64,000 nt of DNA, taken from positions 36,518-100,517 of the forward strand of contig NMRA01000180.1 in NCBI GenBank assembly GCA_002633005.1, written 5' to 3'. Source of the DNA: Phoronis australis. Taxonomy: Eukaryota; Animalia; Phoronida. Made by a program: the position numbers and the translations under genes. Positions 9,645 to 22,900 of this stretch are shown in pieces. Within the stretch, counting starts at the first letter, position 1; every line of letters begins with the position of its first letter. Under the pieces are notes generated by a model, which saw nothing but the letters and a program-made list of their open reading frames with translations, made no database searches and had not been told where the DNA came from.

Positions 9645-12600
9645 TTTGCTAAATGATGCCTTTGCAGTTTATAATCAGTTGTTTGAATACTTTTAAGGCC
9701 GAATTTTAGATTTACGTCTGTACAGGTACCATATGGCCAAGACACAATGAGTTGCAAATTACACGTCATTGCATTAACAGCAGATTGATTTCAACTGTCA
9801 ATATTTCACCAATGATTCCTCCCAAAACAAGTAGGTTTTAATAAATGTTCGGTGGTTTAAATGGCCACGTGACCAATCCGACCAGCCCCTCTGATGAGCA
9901 CAGAAACTTCACTCTCTCTTATATTTCCGAAACTTTCGCTCCTACTGAAAATCAAAGTAGATCAAGAAAAAAGAAACGCAAAATCGGCACTTTTCACCCC
10001 AAAACCATCACTTCCCTGTCGATGCTCGACTAAAGCCAATTAGATTCTGAAAGGAAATTTCATACCAATTCCAAAATTGTGCTTCACAATAGCTGTCAAC
10101 CAGGTATATTTTTCTGCAAATCTTGTTTGAGGGCTACCTGAAATCGTAGCCAATAGCGGAGTTGCAACGTCGCCATATTGGAAATGGGTCAGAATGTTGC
10201 ATTGTGGTTAAGCCGGTAAACAAGTACGTCGGCAAGCGTGGGGGCGAACCGGCCACAGGGAGGTTATACGTGTTGTGTGCCTGGCATGCTATAATACCAG
10301 TTAGCGAGATAAAAAATGTAGGAACTACCTGTTTCCCAAGGATCAAAAACTGCGTTAAACATGAGTCAGAGTCATCGGTTGAGCTGGTAGCAAAGGCCGA
10401 CTTCGTGAATTCTTTCCGACTTCGTAGCATAAAATATGCAGCGCTCATTTTGAGGGCGGCAAGAAAACGTATCTTGGAAATTGCCCAACAATATCTCCCT
10501 TCAAAGAAGCAGTAACAAATACTCCACGACGGTTGGTAGTGAAAAAAAATGTTTTCGCTTGACCAGAACCACGCCAACATGAGCAATTTTGAGGATAATG
10601 CCTCTGCCCAATCACCTGTTCTAGGTCAACTCACTTAACGTACGCACACTATATGCATTACGCGCTAAGATAAAGCGTGCAGAATATTATTATTTGCTTT
10701 GTACAAAATTGTGGTGCATTGCTATCAAAATTCGTTGTTAAATTACGATCATTTTTCTTAAAATTATGTTGAAGTCCCAGGGCGAAATCTTGCCGACAAA
10801 TGCTTAGCTACCGGTCTCGCAATTGTCGATAGGGCTTGAATTCGTGAATAGGAATACAGCTACGACTCAGCAAGTTACCTGAAATCCTCCTCAAGTTTTC
10901 CAAATAGCGTCTCTAAGATTTTTAAGTTCTTGTGGAGTCTGGATTAACTGCAGATTAAGTCCAAATCTGCGCTAGATTGTAGCCCGCAACACGAGAAAAA
11001 TCTTTGGAGGAACACACGTTGTTGTCACGTGACGTTTGTTTTAAAGTTTGTATGCGTGTGTGTGAGAGAAAGAGTGCGTGTGCTTGTCATCAGAGTTCAT
11101 TTACCAGAGTAATGTAATGATCTAGGTGTGCATTGTATCCAAAGAAATTAAGTTAAGCAGTCAAGCAGAGCGTTTTTTAATAATTAGCTTAGCACTTGCT
11201 GGCTTCATCTGCTAAAAATGTTCGAGTTTTTTTTTCGGTAAGACCTATATGTCACTCACTGAGTCGCCGGGTGAGTGGATGCGTGACCGTAGTGTAACAG
11301 CTATTTTCCGGAAGATTTGAGGTGTAAAGGTGCGAAGTGGGTCATTTCGACCTTAAAAACACCAATTATGATTAGTTAAATAATTTCTCTTAAAAATAAT
11401 GCAAAAGTGTTTTACGGTATTTTGAAACTTTCGGAAATTAGTGCCAATATTTATTTGCCGATGCTATGTTACCCGTTTCATGAATAGATAGTTCCCGACT
11501 AAATGTCTTCGATGACAGCCGGTACATTATGCAGCGCGCGCTTCTTGGCCGCTTGCTAACACTGGTCGATTTTTTTTTTATTAGTCTTCGATTCACGGTT
11601 TTCACGTGTACAAAGAAGTTTGGATTCCAGTTGAGGCCGGAGAAGATCTGTACCGGAAAGAAACCGTGAATGCAGTCCCGCTGACAAGTACGCTGCGTCT
11701 GTTTTCAAAGTCCAGACCCGCGTAGTGGGGCACATCCCTCGCAAGAGCAGCAAAACTTCTGCGTTCTTTTTGAATGGCGGCGTAAGTTTGAAGTGTATAC
11801 GGACATAATGGTGAGGGTCGTGGTCCACAAATTCAGGACTGTCGGATCTTTCAATTGATAAATTGGAGACGTTAGAACTGTAGGTAAGGGCATTTTTCGC
11901 ATGTTGATGGGCTGGGCGCTTACTTTAGCAAAGTCTGAAAACGCGTTGGGGCACTTGTTGGGGCATGGGCGCTTATTAGGGCGAATAGCGGCAGAATTAC
12001 ATACAGCAGCGTAGTACAATGCACACATATCACACGTCGTGCAAACCAGTCGGTCATTCCATTTACCCTAATCAATCCCAATAGCCTTTGCGCACCCTAC
12101 TTTCCGGACATGCGCAATCGTTAAATCGATTCGGTTGCAACTCCGCTATTTCTCAGTCGCTACCCAACAATGCTCAATTGCAACAGGGGGCCGCCATTTT
12201 GAAGAGGAAGGCAGCTGTAGCCCAGCAAGTGGTCTTTTTATATTCTCATCATGTTCACAAGTACAAAAAAGTCGCATTCAATATTTAACTAAAAATCCAC
12301 TCAAGTCTGGCCTACCCTAGATTTTAGTATTTTGGGAGTGCACTGGCCGCGGCTGCACCTTAACTGTTGAGTGCCACCTAACGGGGAAAACTAGCGTGGT
12401 TCTTTCACTGGCAAGGAGGCTATTCGGAGAATTCTCCTCGTGGTGTCGCTGCTGTACTAGTGGTGATTGAATTGCGTATGTGTCGCTGTCTGCATGCAAA
12501 CAGCTACTGGTAAAAAGACGGAATTATTATCAAAATGCTTCGTCGCTATAAGCCCTATCATTGCTATTTTCCCTGGTGCAAGTCTTCGACAGGTGGTCAC

Positions 12601-14341
12601 AAATTCCCAAAAGACCTAAGGTTACTACATTTGTGGAGAATTGCGGTCAAAAGGGTCAACCAACTGACAAAAAGTGTGTGGATGCCGAAGCCCCGTGTGT
12701 GCTACATAGTGTAACGTTACTTAGTAAGTTTTTTGCAACCAGTTTCTATCGACATCGTTCGGTGATGTTATCCCCACCAGTTACTCCACTGAATAACGAG
12801 TTTATGGAGTGGAACTAAGTATTTCTTTTCGGAAACTCACCCGTGACTTGGATGCCGGCTAGGCTAGCAGCACATATTCATATATTGTCATGGATGGGAC
12901 TGCGCGCAACTTAAGAGGTGTATGTTACGTGACATTCAGAAGTCAAGGGTGACATTTATAGCAGTTTGTCTTCAAAACTATGCTATGTCCAATAAAACTC
13001 TAGATGAGTGAGTTATAAAAATTGACACCTAGAATGAATTTTACTTGTTGAGATTAGAAGCACATTTTAGGTGCCATGAAAAATACAGTGTTAATTCACT
13101 TTTAGCCTTTTTCACAGATTTTAATTCAGATCTTAAATAAGGCTTGGGTACAAAGATCATTAGTTTCTACATATGAACATGAAGATGAAACGTCAAGTAT
13201 GCTCCGCCTTACAAAAGTAGTTTTGTCGTGTGTTTTATTTTATAATTTGCTAATATTTCTCTGACTATTCTGTTACAGGTGAAAGAAAATGACTGAAACC
13301 AGCCGCCTGACGGTCTATTTTACCTCTGGACAAAGTGAAAAGCAATCCTTCAGCAATAACCTAAGAGAATTTAACCTAATTCAGTAACTGATGACTATGG
13401 ACTCCGTTGCATTGGGAAAATTACAATTGTTTTTAACAATGTTGTTTCATTGTATGTATGTGGTTGTTCAGTTTGCCATTTTGTTTTTAAATGCAGTGAT
13501 CATTTTTATTATCGAATCTTGTACTTAACATATTCTTATCCAGCTAGTTACAATTGAAAACATACTTTTCTTGCATGTGGAACTTTTGTTCATAGACAAG
13601 TTAACACAAAACTTAAAATTGTTCAAAGGCCTTCTTAAGAAAGCTCTAAAAATAATTACACACACAAACAAATCAAATGCAAACAAAGGGAGTATTTCAT
13701 TTTGATCGCTGCACATTTCCATGGGTCAACAGGAAAATGACAATTCGCAAGCGTATTAGGTAATCATTTCAGCTTTATAAAGAATAAGCACAACTGCACT
13801 GTATGGGGATTTAAAAATGAAGAAATATTGTGGTTTCAATAATTAGTGACCAACTTGCCCTTTGAGGAAAAATTTATTCGATCATCAAAGTGTAACATTA
13901 ACGGACTTTCTACTGACAATAAGACATTCAATGCAGTCACTGAATGTCATTTCCCCGTAATGTGCGCCAAGTTGAAAAGCATTTACCATTAGTATAAAGC
14001 CTTTTTTCTGAAAGGAAAAGTTAATGTCACTCAGTGAGAAAGGACAGGTATTTGTAACAGATGCTTTCGGTTTTCGTTTCACTGGAATCTATTTTCAATG
14101 GCCAATAGAAGCGCTTGTAAATAAGGTCCAGTTTCGGCACGTGGTTTTCCTTCATGTAACCTCATTCAGCCTCAATAACATCCGCAATTAGATCCTTGAC
14201 ATCAGCATATCACTTGACTCGTTTTGTGCCCAAAATCTGACCCTGAACTACACCAGAGTGTCACTAGGTGTTCTTTAGCTTCAGTCCCTCATGTTTCTTC
14301 CAGGAAAGGAAATAAGCTATTGTCCACACATGACTCATTGC

Positions 14342-14533
14342 CTATGAAATGGCATCCTCACTAATGAGGCTGACTAGTGTAGCAGTCAGATATACTTCCT
14401 CTTCATACACAAACAATCCACTGGCACTTTGTCTTATGGTAACTTGGTACTGCGATTCACATTTCTCCAGGGCAACTGACTTGGGCCATGCAGCACTGCT
14501 GGTGTGTGTAAATGCTTTGGGAAGAAAAAGCAA
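14342..14533 (-). pseudogene. Possible degenerate YqaJ-like exonuclease fragment of transposon origin
   Basis: ALEKCESQYQVTIRQSASGLFVYEEEVYLTATLVSLISEDAI resembles the YqaJ pattern A..(Y)E......V...GL.V......L.ASPDGL, with catalytic residues eroded; recognised by eye only. Confidence 0.35.
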
Positions 14534-15930
14534 AGCTTGTCTGTGTTGGGGCTTGAAGTGGCCTTAATATGTCACTGAAACTCTAACAAATATTGAAATA
14601 TGAATAATTAAGTACTCCAGGTTGGGTAAAAAATGCTACCCCTGTTTTTCAAAAATATGATATAGTGACTGCTCAACAATTTCACACCAAATTAAATAAT
14701 AACTATTTTCAGAAAGCAAGGGTGTATATAATAAGTATTGAATAAAACTTCGTATTTATTTTTCATTCGTAGCCGTAACAATTCTTTAAACGCATCGCTT
14801 GTTTTCAATGCAAAATATGCAAGTTTTTGAGACAACTTCAAACCTTTGTTACCCATTTTCAAGCCTTTTTATTGTTGATACTTTCAGTAATTTTAAACTA
14901 CGATTACAGATTCATGGGTCTGTCAAGCATACTTCTAGTCTAAAGCTGAGGGAACTGTTTCTCATACATGTACTTGATAATTTTCTTCTAATAGAAGATA
15001 CGGTATGAAGACTTGGGTCATTTAAAAAACGATGGATAATCTTTCTGTTGTTTAAGAGTAATTACAAATCGTAAGGCACCATCAAAAATGCAATTTTCAC
15101 AAAAAATGGCAGTCATTTGAATTTATAAACGACTTGCAACATTTAGCAAAACAGTTTCATGAAATATACTTGATAGAAATTCATGAAGTTTAAGAATTAA
15201 CTCACCATGCTCTTTCCCCCAAACATGTATTACCTGTTATTTCCATACATTCAGTTGCACCTAATTTTACAACCCCAACCCCCTATGCCAATCGCCCGTT
15301 AAGGACCTGAATAAGTAAATTAACAAAATAACTTACATCATACATTTCTTTAAAAATAGCTTTTCCTTTTCAAAGGCTTTGTTCGTTGCCTTCAATATTG
15401 AAACTAGGCTTTGACAAAAGATCTGCACTGGATGGGAAGATCTTGCTGGTTAGCTGCAGTCAAATGCTTAAAATCAATTTTTGTCCATTCAGGGACGGTG
15501 CAGAAGCGATGCACTGACATCTCCTTTGCATGGAACAAGCCCTCATACCTAAAAACCAAAGGTCACGTTCCATTTCAACGTGTAATAGATTTTCGGAAGA
15601 CATAGTATAGGGAGTAAACAAATAGTCTAATGGATATTTGCCATGTACCCTTTGCCCTTGGGCTTGGACTGTAATTTTAACTCACTATACCCAATATCGA
15701 GTTGACAGCATAAAAATTCGGCATTGATTGATGTAATGTCACAGATAAACCTGTTAGAAATCATTCCAAACAACAATACTGCTTTGATGTACGAAAAGAT
15801 CCCGTGCTACGCCAATTTGTAAGACTTATCACAACAAAGATTAACCCAACTGGCGACTGCCGCGTAGTCGATATCGGCGAGTACCTCAGTTAACATGCAT
15901 CAGTAGAATAAACATGGAACCGCTGTTAAT

Positions 15931-17798
15931 AGACCCAATTCACGGCGACAGGAGGCGCGTTCCAAAACGAGGCTCGCTACGATAGCTCTGTTAGCTTATC
16001 GGCATAGTTGTATTTCAGTCAGCGTTGCTCCGCGAACGACTAGAAAAATACGAACACTCAACTGTCTGCTTTACAATCCCTAAAGATGTTGAGATTCGGA
16101 AGCGTTGGGTCGTTGCCATACGCCGAGAAGAAGGAAACTATGTCCGTGTAAAATTTATCAATGTTTTCGAAAAGTTAGATCATATTTTGTCGCATCTCGG
16201 TGCCAAGCATCATAGTAACGACAGGAGAATGGGCCACCCAGGCTGTGTTTTCATGACTACGGGCTGAAACATTATAATTTTTCTTTCCAAACAGGACAGG
16301 CCCTCAATCCCTTGAATTTGGGGCCCAATATCGGCCCTATTCCCTCTCAAAAATATTCAATCACGCGAAATTCCCACCACGAGGCATAAAAATTACCCTA
16401 GTGAAAAATTCTCTCTGAGTTCACATCACCACACAGGTGACAATTTTTAAGAGCACAAAAGACTACTTTAAATTTAGACAGAGCCTATGAGAGCTTGCAA
16501 AAGGGCGGGTGTGCTATTGATGGTGATCGGGAGGTAGATTGTTCCCCTCACTCGGCGAAAAAGTCGCCTCTCAGTAGGCACTGGCACCTTTCCCCTCGGA
16601 TGAACGAGGCTCCTGGCGACGCACGATAACTATGATTGCTTTGTCCAGTTAACTGAAGTTGAGTTCTACAACGAAGTTATGCTTTGGACGATAGAATTAG
16701 GTGTTAAAATTCAACTTGGTCCAGATTGATATTTGAAACCTAACACATGAAATAGACGAAAGAATTATTACAACCAAGAAAGCAGAATTGATGGTCAAAT
16801 AGTTTTTATTTTCAATTACGAGCCTGCTTTTTATTTTAATGAAAATATATTTATAACATCAATTATTCTTTCAGATTAATGACAAATCAACTGTTTTTAG
16901 TCCCAGTGAGTGCATAGGATCAGGCTATGATTGGTGTTAATATTCTTGATCAACAAATTAAACCAGGGTCCGGTCTCTAATCTTTGTACTCGAAACGAAC
17001 TCAAAAGTATTTTTCGCAATCTCCCTGCTCCTTTTGTGCGAAATTAAGATAATTGGTTATCAGACTGTGCTCGAATACAATATAGTTTATGCATAGGAGT
17101 TTCTAGTTCAAGTTTTCCCTTGGAGACCCTTATATTCGTGCTACAAACTCGAGTAAAAACTCGAAATTTCGAGTTCAAACTCGAACTTATTGCTTTAATA
17201 TTGGGTTTACAAACTGTGAACTAAGGGCAATAAATTATTTACGTAAGTTATTGTGTACTCGAGCATAGAATAATAGACACTTATCTTGATTCCGCCCAAA
17301 AGTAGAGTAGAAAATGCCAAACCTAATTTCGAGTTCCATTTCGAGTAAAAATATTAGAGACCGGGCCCTGATGTGGCTAATTGCACAAGACAGCCACCAC
17401 TGTCTAATATGTATTCAACTAGTCAACAATACGAGCAGATGACCTGGTTCGCGTGGAAAGTATTTTGATCAACAATTTACAAGAAAAAAAACGTAACCAT
17501 AGCATACTAATCCGTAACACTACGATCGTTGGAATTTGGTCATATTTACTTTTCATGTTTCGAACCTAGTTTTCCGAAAAAAATAAATCCTTTCGTCAGA
17601 CAACTCTTTGGCCCACTAACTTGTTCTCTAATGTAATTTTCTACGTCTCCGTGGTTAATTGTCGACACATTATTAAAATCTAATATCCAGGTTGGACTCG
17701 AAAGACCGGCTATTTAACTCACGCAATTTCAACTTCCGCTTTGTTTATCGCAGTGAGCCTCGCTTTGGATTTTAATGTCCGCCGCTTGAATTGAGTCA
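15931..17798. mobile_element. Non-autonomous DNA transposon (ISL2EU/Harbinger-like) carrying a THAP remnant
   Basis: Imperfect TIRs AGACCCAATTCA..CCAAAACGAGGCTCGCTACGATA versus reverse complement TGACTCAATTCA..CCAAAGCGAGGCTCACTGCGATA, flanked by AT on both sides; internal FTIPKDVEIRKRWVVAIRR at ~16064-16135. Confidence 0.6.
16964..17370. mobile_element. MITE nested in the 15931-17798 element
   Basis: CAGGGTCCGGTCTCTAAT...TACTCGAAA and TTTCGAGTA...ATTAGAGACCGGGCCCTG are inverted; most of the body folds back. Confidence 0.8.
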
Positions 17799-18779
17799 AT
17801 AATCACAAACCTTGCCTTTGAAGAAGGGCGTACTTACTTCCTCTCATAGAAGCACCCTTTTGACACAATCTCAGATTCAGTTGGCACGGCTGCAAGCCAT
17901 TTCACCATGTAATGTATTTAAAGGGCTCACGAAATCCAGGCTGTTTATCTATCACCACTAGTACACGCACGCCCTCTAGTTAATGTAAATTTTCCCAATT
18001 GCCCCAGTGCAGTAGCTCATGCATAATGTATAGCCCGAGCAAATGTTTGTTTGGCCACAGAAGGTATTCTGAAAATTGTAACTGATTATTTTATCTACAG
18101 ATGAGAGACGGGTCTGCTTGAACTAGCTGAACCTGTTTTATGTGTCAAGTCGGTGGAAGCAAAAGGTCAGAAAAATAAAATTGCCATGCATTCAAAACAC
18201 AAAAACACAGTATTACAAAGTTGCTGCACATTGGCTATGATAACGCAATGCTTCAGTGACAACATAGAATTGTTTCATACATGTACATCAAACACGTTTT
18301 CTTACCACCCGACCTAAGAGGTGCGACAGAGCAAAGAAATCAACTTTTTGTTGCCATTCGAATACCTTAATTCGTGTAAAGCATGAAATACATAGTGTAA
18401 CAATGCTAGGAACATTGACGGACCATGCGCTTCACTTTGGAGGTCTCATCCTATATCCGTATGCCCTAAAGAGAATAAAAATGGGCTCGCTTGAAACGAC
18501 TCAGGGTACATCAAGTGTCTGGACTAATTTGCCGTTCGTAAAAAAGACTCACACGAGAATCGCATAAGAGTTTCTCATGATATTGCTCTCACTATGGCTA
18601 CTGGTGTGGCTGCCCTCAATAAATATTAGGTGTTTTTTTCGGAAATACTGTAAGTTGCGGACGGCAAGCAGATAATACTTGATATATGCATAATTAAATC
18701 ACGTATCAGATACTGGAACTTCTTCCAATGAATGGACGAAATCAATACTTGTACCAAGTTTCAAACGAGGTACCCGTCA

Positions 18780-19655
18780 CCTAGGAATTTCAGCGGCACA
18801 TCCTTATAAGTTCAAGTACAGAATGTTTGAAAAGATACTTTGTGTTAGATTGCAAAAATAGGCAGAACGTAACGAGGTCACTAGCATGTCTCAAGCAGTA
18901 ATCAAAATTGTTTCACTTCTTCTTTTACACAAGTTTATTGTTGAGGGTCTTCTTATCCTTCCCCGTCCAAACACTCACGTCTTATCTACAAATATCAGGA
19001 AACTAGCTTTCTAAGTTTTGGATATGGTATCCAGGGTTGCTCAAATCATCTGCAAAAAGAATTTTTGGTGGACCTGAAAGTTTAATTAATTAATCAAGTG
19101 GTCATTAATTAAAATGTGTCTTAGTTTATAACCCAATAATTGTTCATGACTAAGTTGTATTTTTGTTCATTTGAAATAATGTTTTATCCATAGACGTAAT
19201 CAATATTGTTTTACTTCCTCCTTTGTTTATACAAGTTCATTTTTGACGGATTCTTACCCATTCGTGTCCAAAAACCCCATCTTATCTAAGAACCCCCAGG
19301 AAAATCGCGTCTTAGTTGTGGATACGGGGTCCAGGATTACTAAATCATTTTTGAAAGAAGAAGTTTTGAAAGTCTAAGTAAATCGTTTAAGTGTTGTTAA
19401 GTAGTATTGTCTTAATTAATCACTATACGCATTTTCACGTCCTAATTAAATGAATTTCTAGGTCCTTTTTGGAACCAACAGGGACCAAACCCCAGGAATA
19501 TGCAACTCAAGACCCCCCCCTTCTATCATTGGTAGGTGATTTTCAATATAAAAACTCACTCAAACCTTTTGCACTCAAAAGTGTAAATAGAGTCCTGCTG
19601 GCTCTTCAACTAAATAACAGACAAACGACAAACGTCCCTGCCTTAGAGAAGGAAA
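18780..19655 (+). mobile_element. HINE/DINE-like element with ~300-nt internal tandem repeat
   Basis: Repeated block TCTTA.CC....GTCCAAA....TCTTATCTA....CAGGAAA...GGATA.GG..TCCAGG at ~18950 and ~19250; ACAGACAAACGACAAACG tract near the end; boundaries approximate. Confidence 0.45.
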
Positions 19656-19827
19656 TGGTTAAAGTAAAATGACACCCGATTTAATTAGTCTTTTTTGCCG
19701 TCTTAATCGGTCTATATCCACTTTGCATCGCATACGGTCGACCTTACCTTGCCAAGAGGTGTCGCGTTAATCTGTGAGGAAGGTGAGAAACGACGCTAGC
19801 GACGTCAGTGGTTCATATGCAGAGTGA

Positions 19828-19955
19828 ATGCCGCTATGTTGCGGTGCATCATTCCCGCTTGTCCGAACTAAGCAGCTGCGAGGAAACCGGGTATATCATT
19901 TTTCACTTCCTCGAGAGTCCGAAATGCTTAGGAAGTGGCTCATGTTAGTCAAATA
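19828..19955 (+). pseudogene. THAP zinc-finger remnant (transposon-derived)
   Basis: Reads CIIPACPN*AAARKPGISFF then, after a frameshift, PRESEMLRKWLMLVK; THAP C-x-x-x-x-C, F-P and R-K-W pattern with a stop. Confidence 0.5.
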
Positions 19956-22900
19956 TTAAATGTACGCTGTAAATAGCAAGTATGAGGCCGTGAAACATCT
20001 CCGTGTCTATGGCCTGCAGACGTCGACAGTGCCTGACGAATGCCGGCTTACCAAATAACTCCATACCTTCCGTTGTCTGAGCTTGTTCACGGCGCCTCTC
20101 TAGTATTTCTTCATCACTGTATTCCTGTTCGAATTCATAGCCTGTAAAACTTAACGATCCATCTGCGAAGTCGGGACTGATGAGCTCTAGCTCGTCCTAC
20201 GTCGGGATTGCGAGTTGCCATACTCTATCTAAATTGATGCAAATTAGTTTTTTTTGGGTGGCATGCTCCTTCAATGCTACTGATGATTCAGAAACGTTAC
20301 TGAAATTCAAATACAAATGACATTGTTTTTCAAGTTAATCCAAAATACATTTATTTTGTTTTAAGGATTTCGTTTCTTCTTTTTCATCACCTTTTTCGAT
20401 TTTAAACCATTCATCTTTTTCCCAACTCAATAAACAATTGACGCAGTTATTGATGTGCGAGTATATTTTGGTGCACCGTGGAAAAATTTAATGCCCTTCT
20501 GTTGACCTAATAATTTTGGATGTGAATCATGAGCATTTTGGGGTAGCAATAACGTCTTTCAATGTTGATCAGATACAGATTTATTTGTGATTAGTCAGCC
20601 GAATCTTCTAGTATCACGAGAAAGATGATGTTTCAACAGGTGCGGTGGAGCACGAGGTTATTTAATACATTGACAAGTCTGAATTGTTATTACTAATGGT
20701 ATCATCAAGTACTGATATAAAAAGTAGCACAGCCTCCGCGCTGTAGGGCTTGGACAATGCGGGACGTTTGCGAAATTTAAAATAATGCACGTTGTGTTTG
20801 GAAATTTATTTAAGTAATCTCAACAGACAACAAAGGGATGATTCGTCGTTTGAGATTTTTTGTCTTACTCGTGGCAACATTCATAGCTTAGATATGTTCG
20901 TTGGCAGTATATGTCGCTGGAGGCATCGCCAATTGGCATACTTGCCAACAATGGTGAATTAAAATAAGACACCCAGATTGAAATAGCTGGATACCCGGAT
21001 GAAATGCGTGACATCTGTGCCTGCTCTAAATCCAAGAATGAATGGCCCTCCGCAACACACGTATACGGAATCGTCCCAACGGCGTTCATTTCTGGTAGAA
21101 CGCGATATTTCGGGTAATTCAAAAGTCAAAATCGTTCCAACAGGATTTTTAGTCCAACAGATAACTTAGGGATATGTCGCGTGGGAAATCACAGTACATT
21201 TATACCATAAGTCATCTTCCAAAAAGCTGGAAATTTTCAAAAAGCTAGGCGTTTTGTCAGATTTCTGAGATGGAGCAAAAACCTTAAAAAAGCAGAACAG
21301 TCCCTCTTCTGTCCGCCAATAACGCCACTGTTGGCAAGTATGGAAAAAGTCGTTGGAATTGGTAATGTCTTCTGTCTTCATTTTCTCTTGCACAGCGGTC
21401 ACCCCGTCGATCGGTGTCACCCTCAGTTGTTGGAATCCTGCATCGACTCACTGTTATCCAATTGATGTTGGGATTGGTAGCAGCGTCTCTTTCAGTCGTG
21501 GGGTCGTTGGTTTTAGGACATCATTGGTTCTACGGCTAAATAATCTTTGATTAGATATGCTTCATGGACTTGTTATCTCTGGCCAGTCAGATATAAAACA
21601 ACAAAATGCGTTGGGTTTTGCGATTATTTTACCAATCTCCGACCAGTCGTTGTGTCTATCAGACATTTTCTGAAATCGAGGCCAGTGACTTAACTAGTTG
21701 AATATGCTTAAAGTAGTGACTGCCATTTATCGGATGGACTTTGGCAATGAATTGGCTGCCGATGCAGTTTTTACACTATCTTCGCAGAAATCTTGGGAAT
21801 GGATTATACTGCTGCCACTGAAGATGACTGAAGGTCAGGGGAGTGGGGAAACTTGACGCGGCCTCAGGGACCAGACTGCCTTCCCATGTGCACCATTACA
21901 CTGAAAAGAAAATCAACGTAGGCAATTGTCGTTGAAGGGCACGGCGAGGTTGTTGGCCACTACGACATTGGTTGGGATGACTTCGTGGAAGTGGCATACG
22001 GTATTAAAACCTATCGACATTGGCAATGAAGATTGGTATATAAAGTGTGGCCTTTTAGTGAATAAGAAGCTGGTAATGCACGCCAGTCTCATGCTTCTAG
22101 AAGTCGTGATTGTGAAACGACGTTGAGAGGTCCCCTAATGCATTACAGACTGTTGTCTCGGGCAACTCACTCTATCTTGCTCTTGCTCTCTATTACTTCA
22201 GTCATATGCCCCCCGGAATTGGTCCAAATTCTGTGCAATAAGGTGCAATGAAAAAAATGATGCTAGAAAGATGTACCTGAAGAGGGCGCTACCTTTTGGC
22301 ATTTGTTTGAATTGTGGATGAGGAAGTCAGGAACATCGTGTAACAGAGAGTGAGAGTTGTTTGCAACAACAATGACTTTAAGCGTGCGCTGGATTCACAG
22401 TAATGTCCTGGTGATTCGTTTCCGAAGTGGCCGTGTTGTAAAGTTACTTCCGGTTCATTGGCGACCGGACAGAGACGTTTATGTTCGTGCAAGCTGCTCT
22501 CCCCATGCATCTGTATTCATGAGTTAAATATAGATCAAAATTTTGTGAAATGGGTTATTCATTCTCTACGGGGTACTGTGAAAACAGGCCCGTGGATAAC
22601 TGACGCCTTTCATAGCCGTTTGCATACGCAGTGATTCCATTAGGCGAAAAGTGATAAACAACGCGCTTTTTGCCTCATAGATCATTCACTGAGTAGTGTT
22701 ATAACACTTTATAACACTTTGAAAATTCTAGTAATTCCGCTCCAGCTCCTGAAAATTGACACCCGCAGTCATGATACGCTAAACACCGGTCAACAAATGT
22801 TTACTGGTGGATTGTCTATCTGGTACATGGTCAATAAATACACACAGTTTGACTCTCGCGTAGTGTAATGCGCAGTGCCTTTTTTGCATGGCTGTTGTTG

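Larger units (their letters stand above)
6190..9740. repeat. Diverged direct duplication of about 1.1 kb (~6190-7270 and ~8590-9740)
   Basis: Collinear shared blocks, e.g. TGATCGTGG(T/G)TTACATTTC, GCAAGTC(C/G)TGT, GTTAAACACAAACAGGTTCC, TTTTAAGGCCGA. Confidence 0.8.

Noticed and set aside
9890-9910. CTGATGAGCACAGAAAC hammerhead-like core (similar text at ~20280)
   Set aside because: No closing stem II pair and no matching stems I and III.
10134-10586. Overlapping 150-aa and 117-aa ORFs
   Set aside because: No recognisable motif or splice-consistent partner exons.
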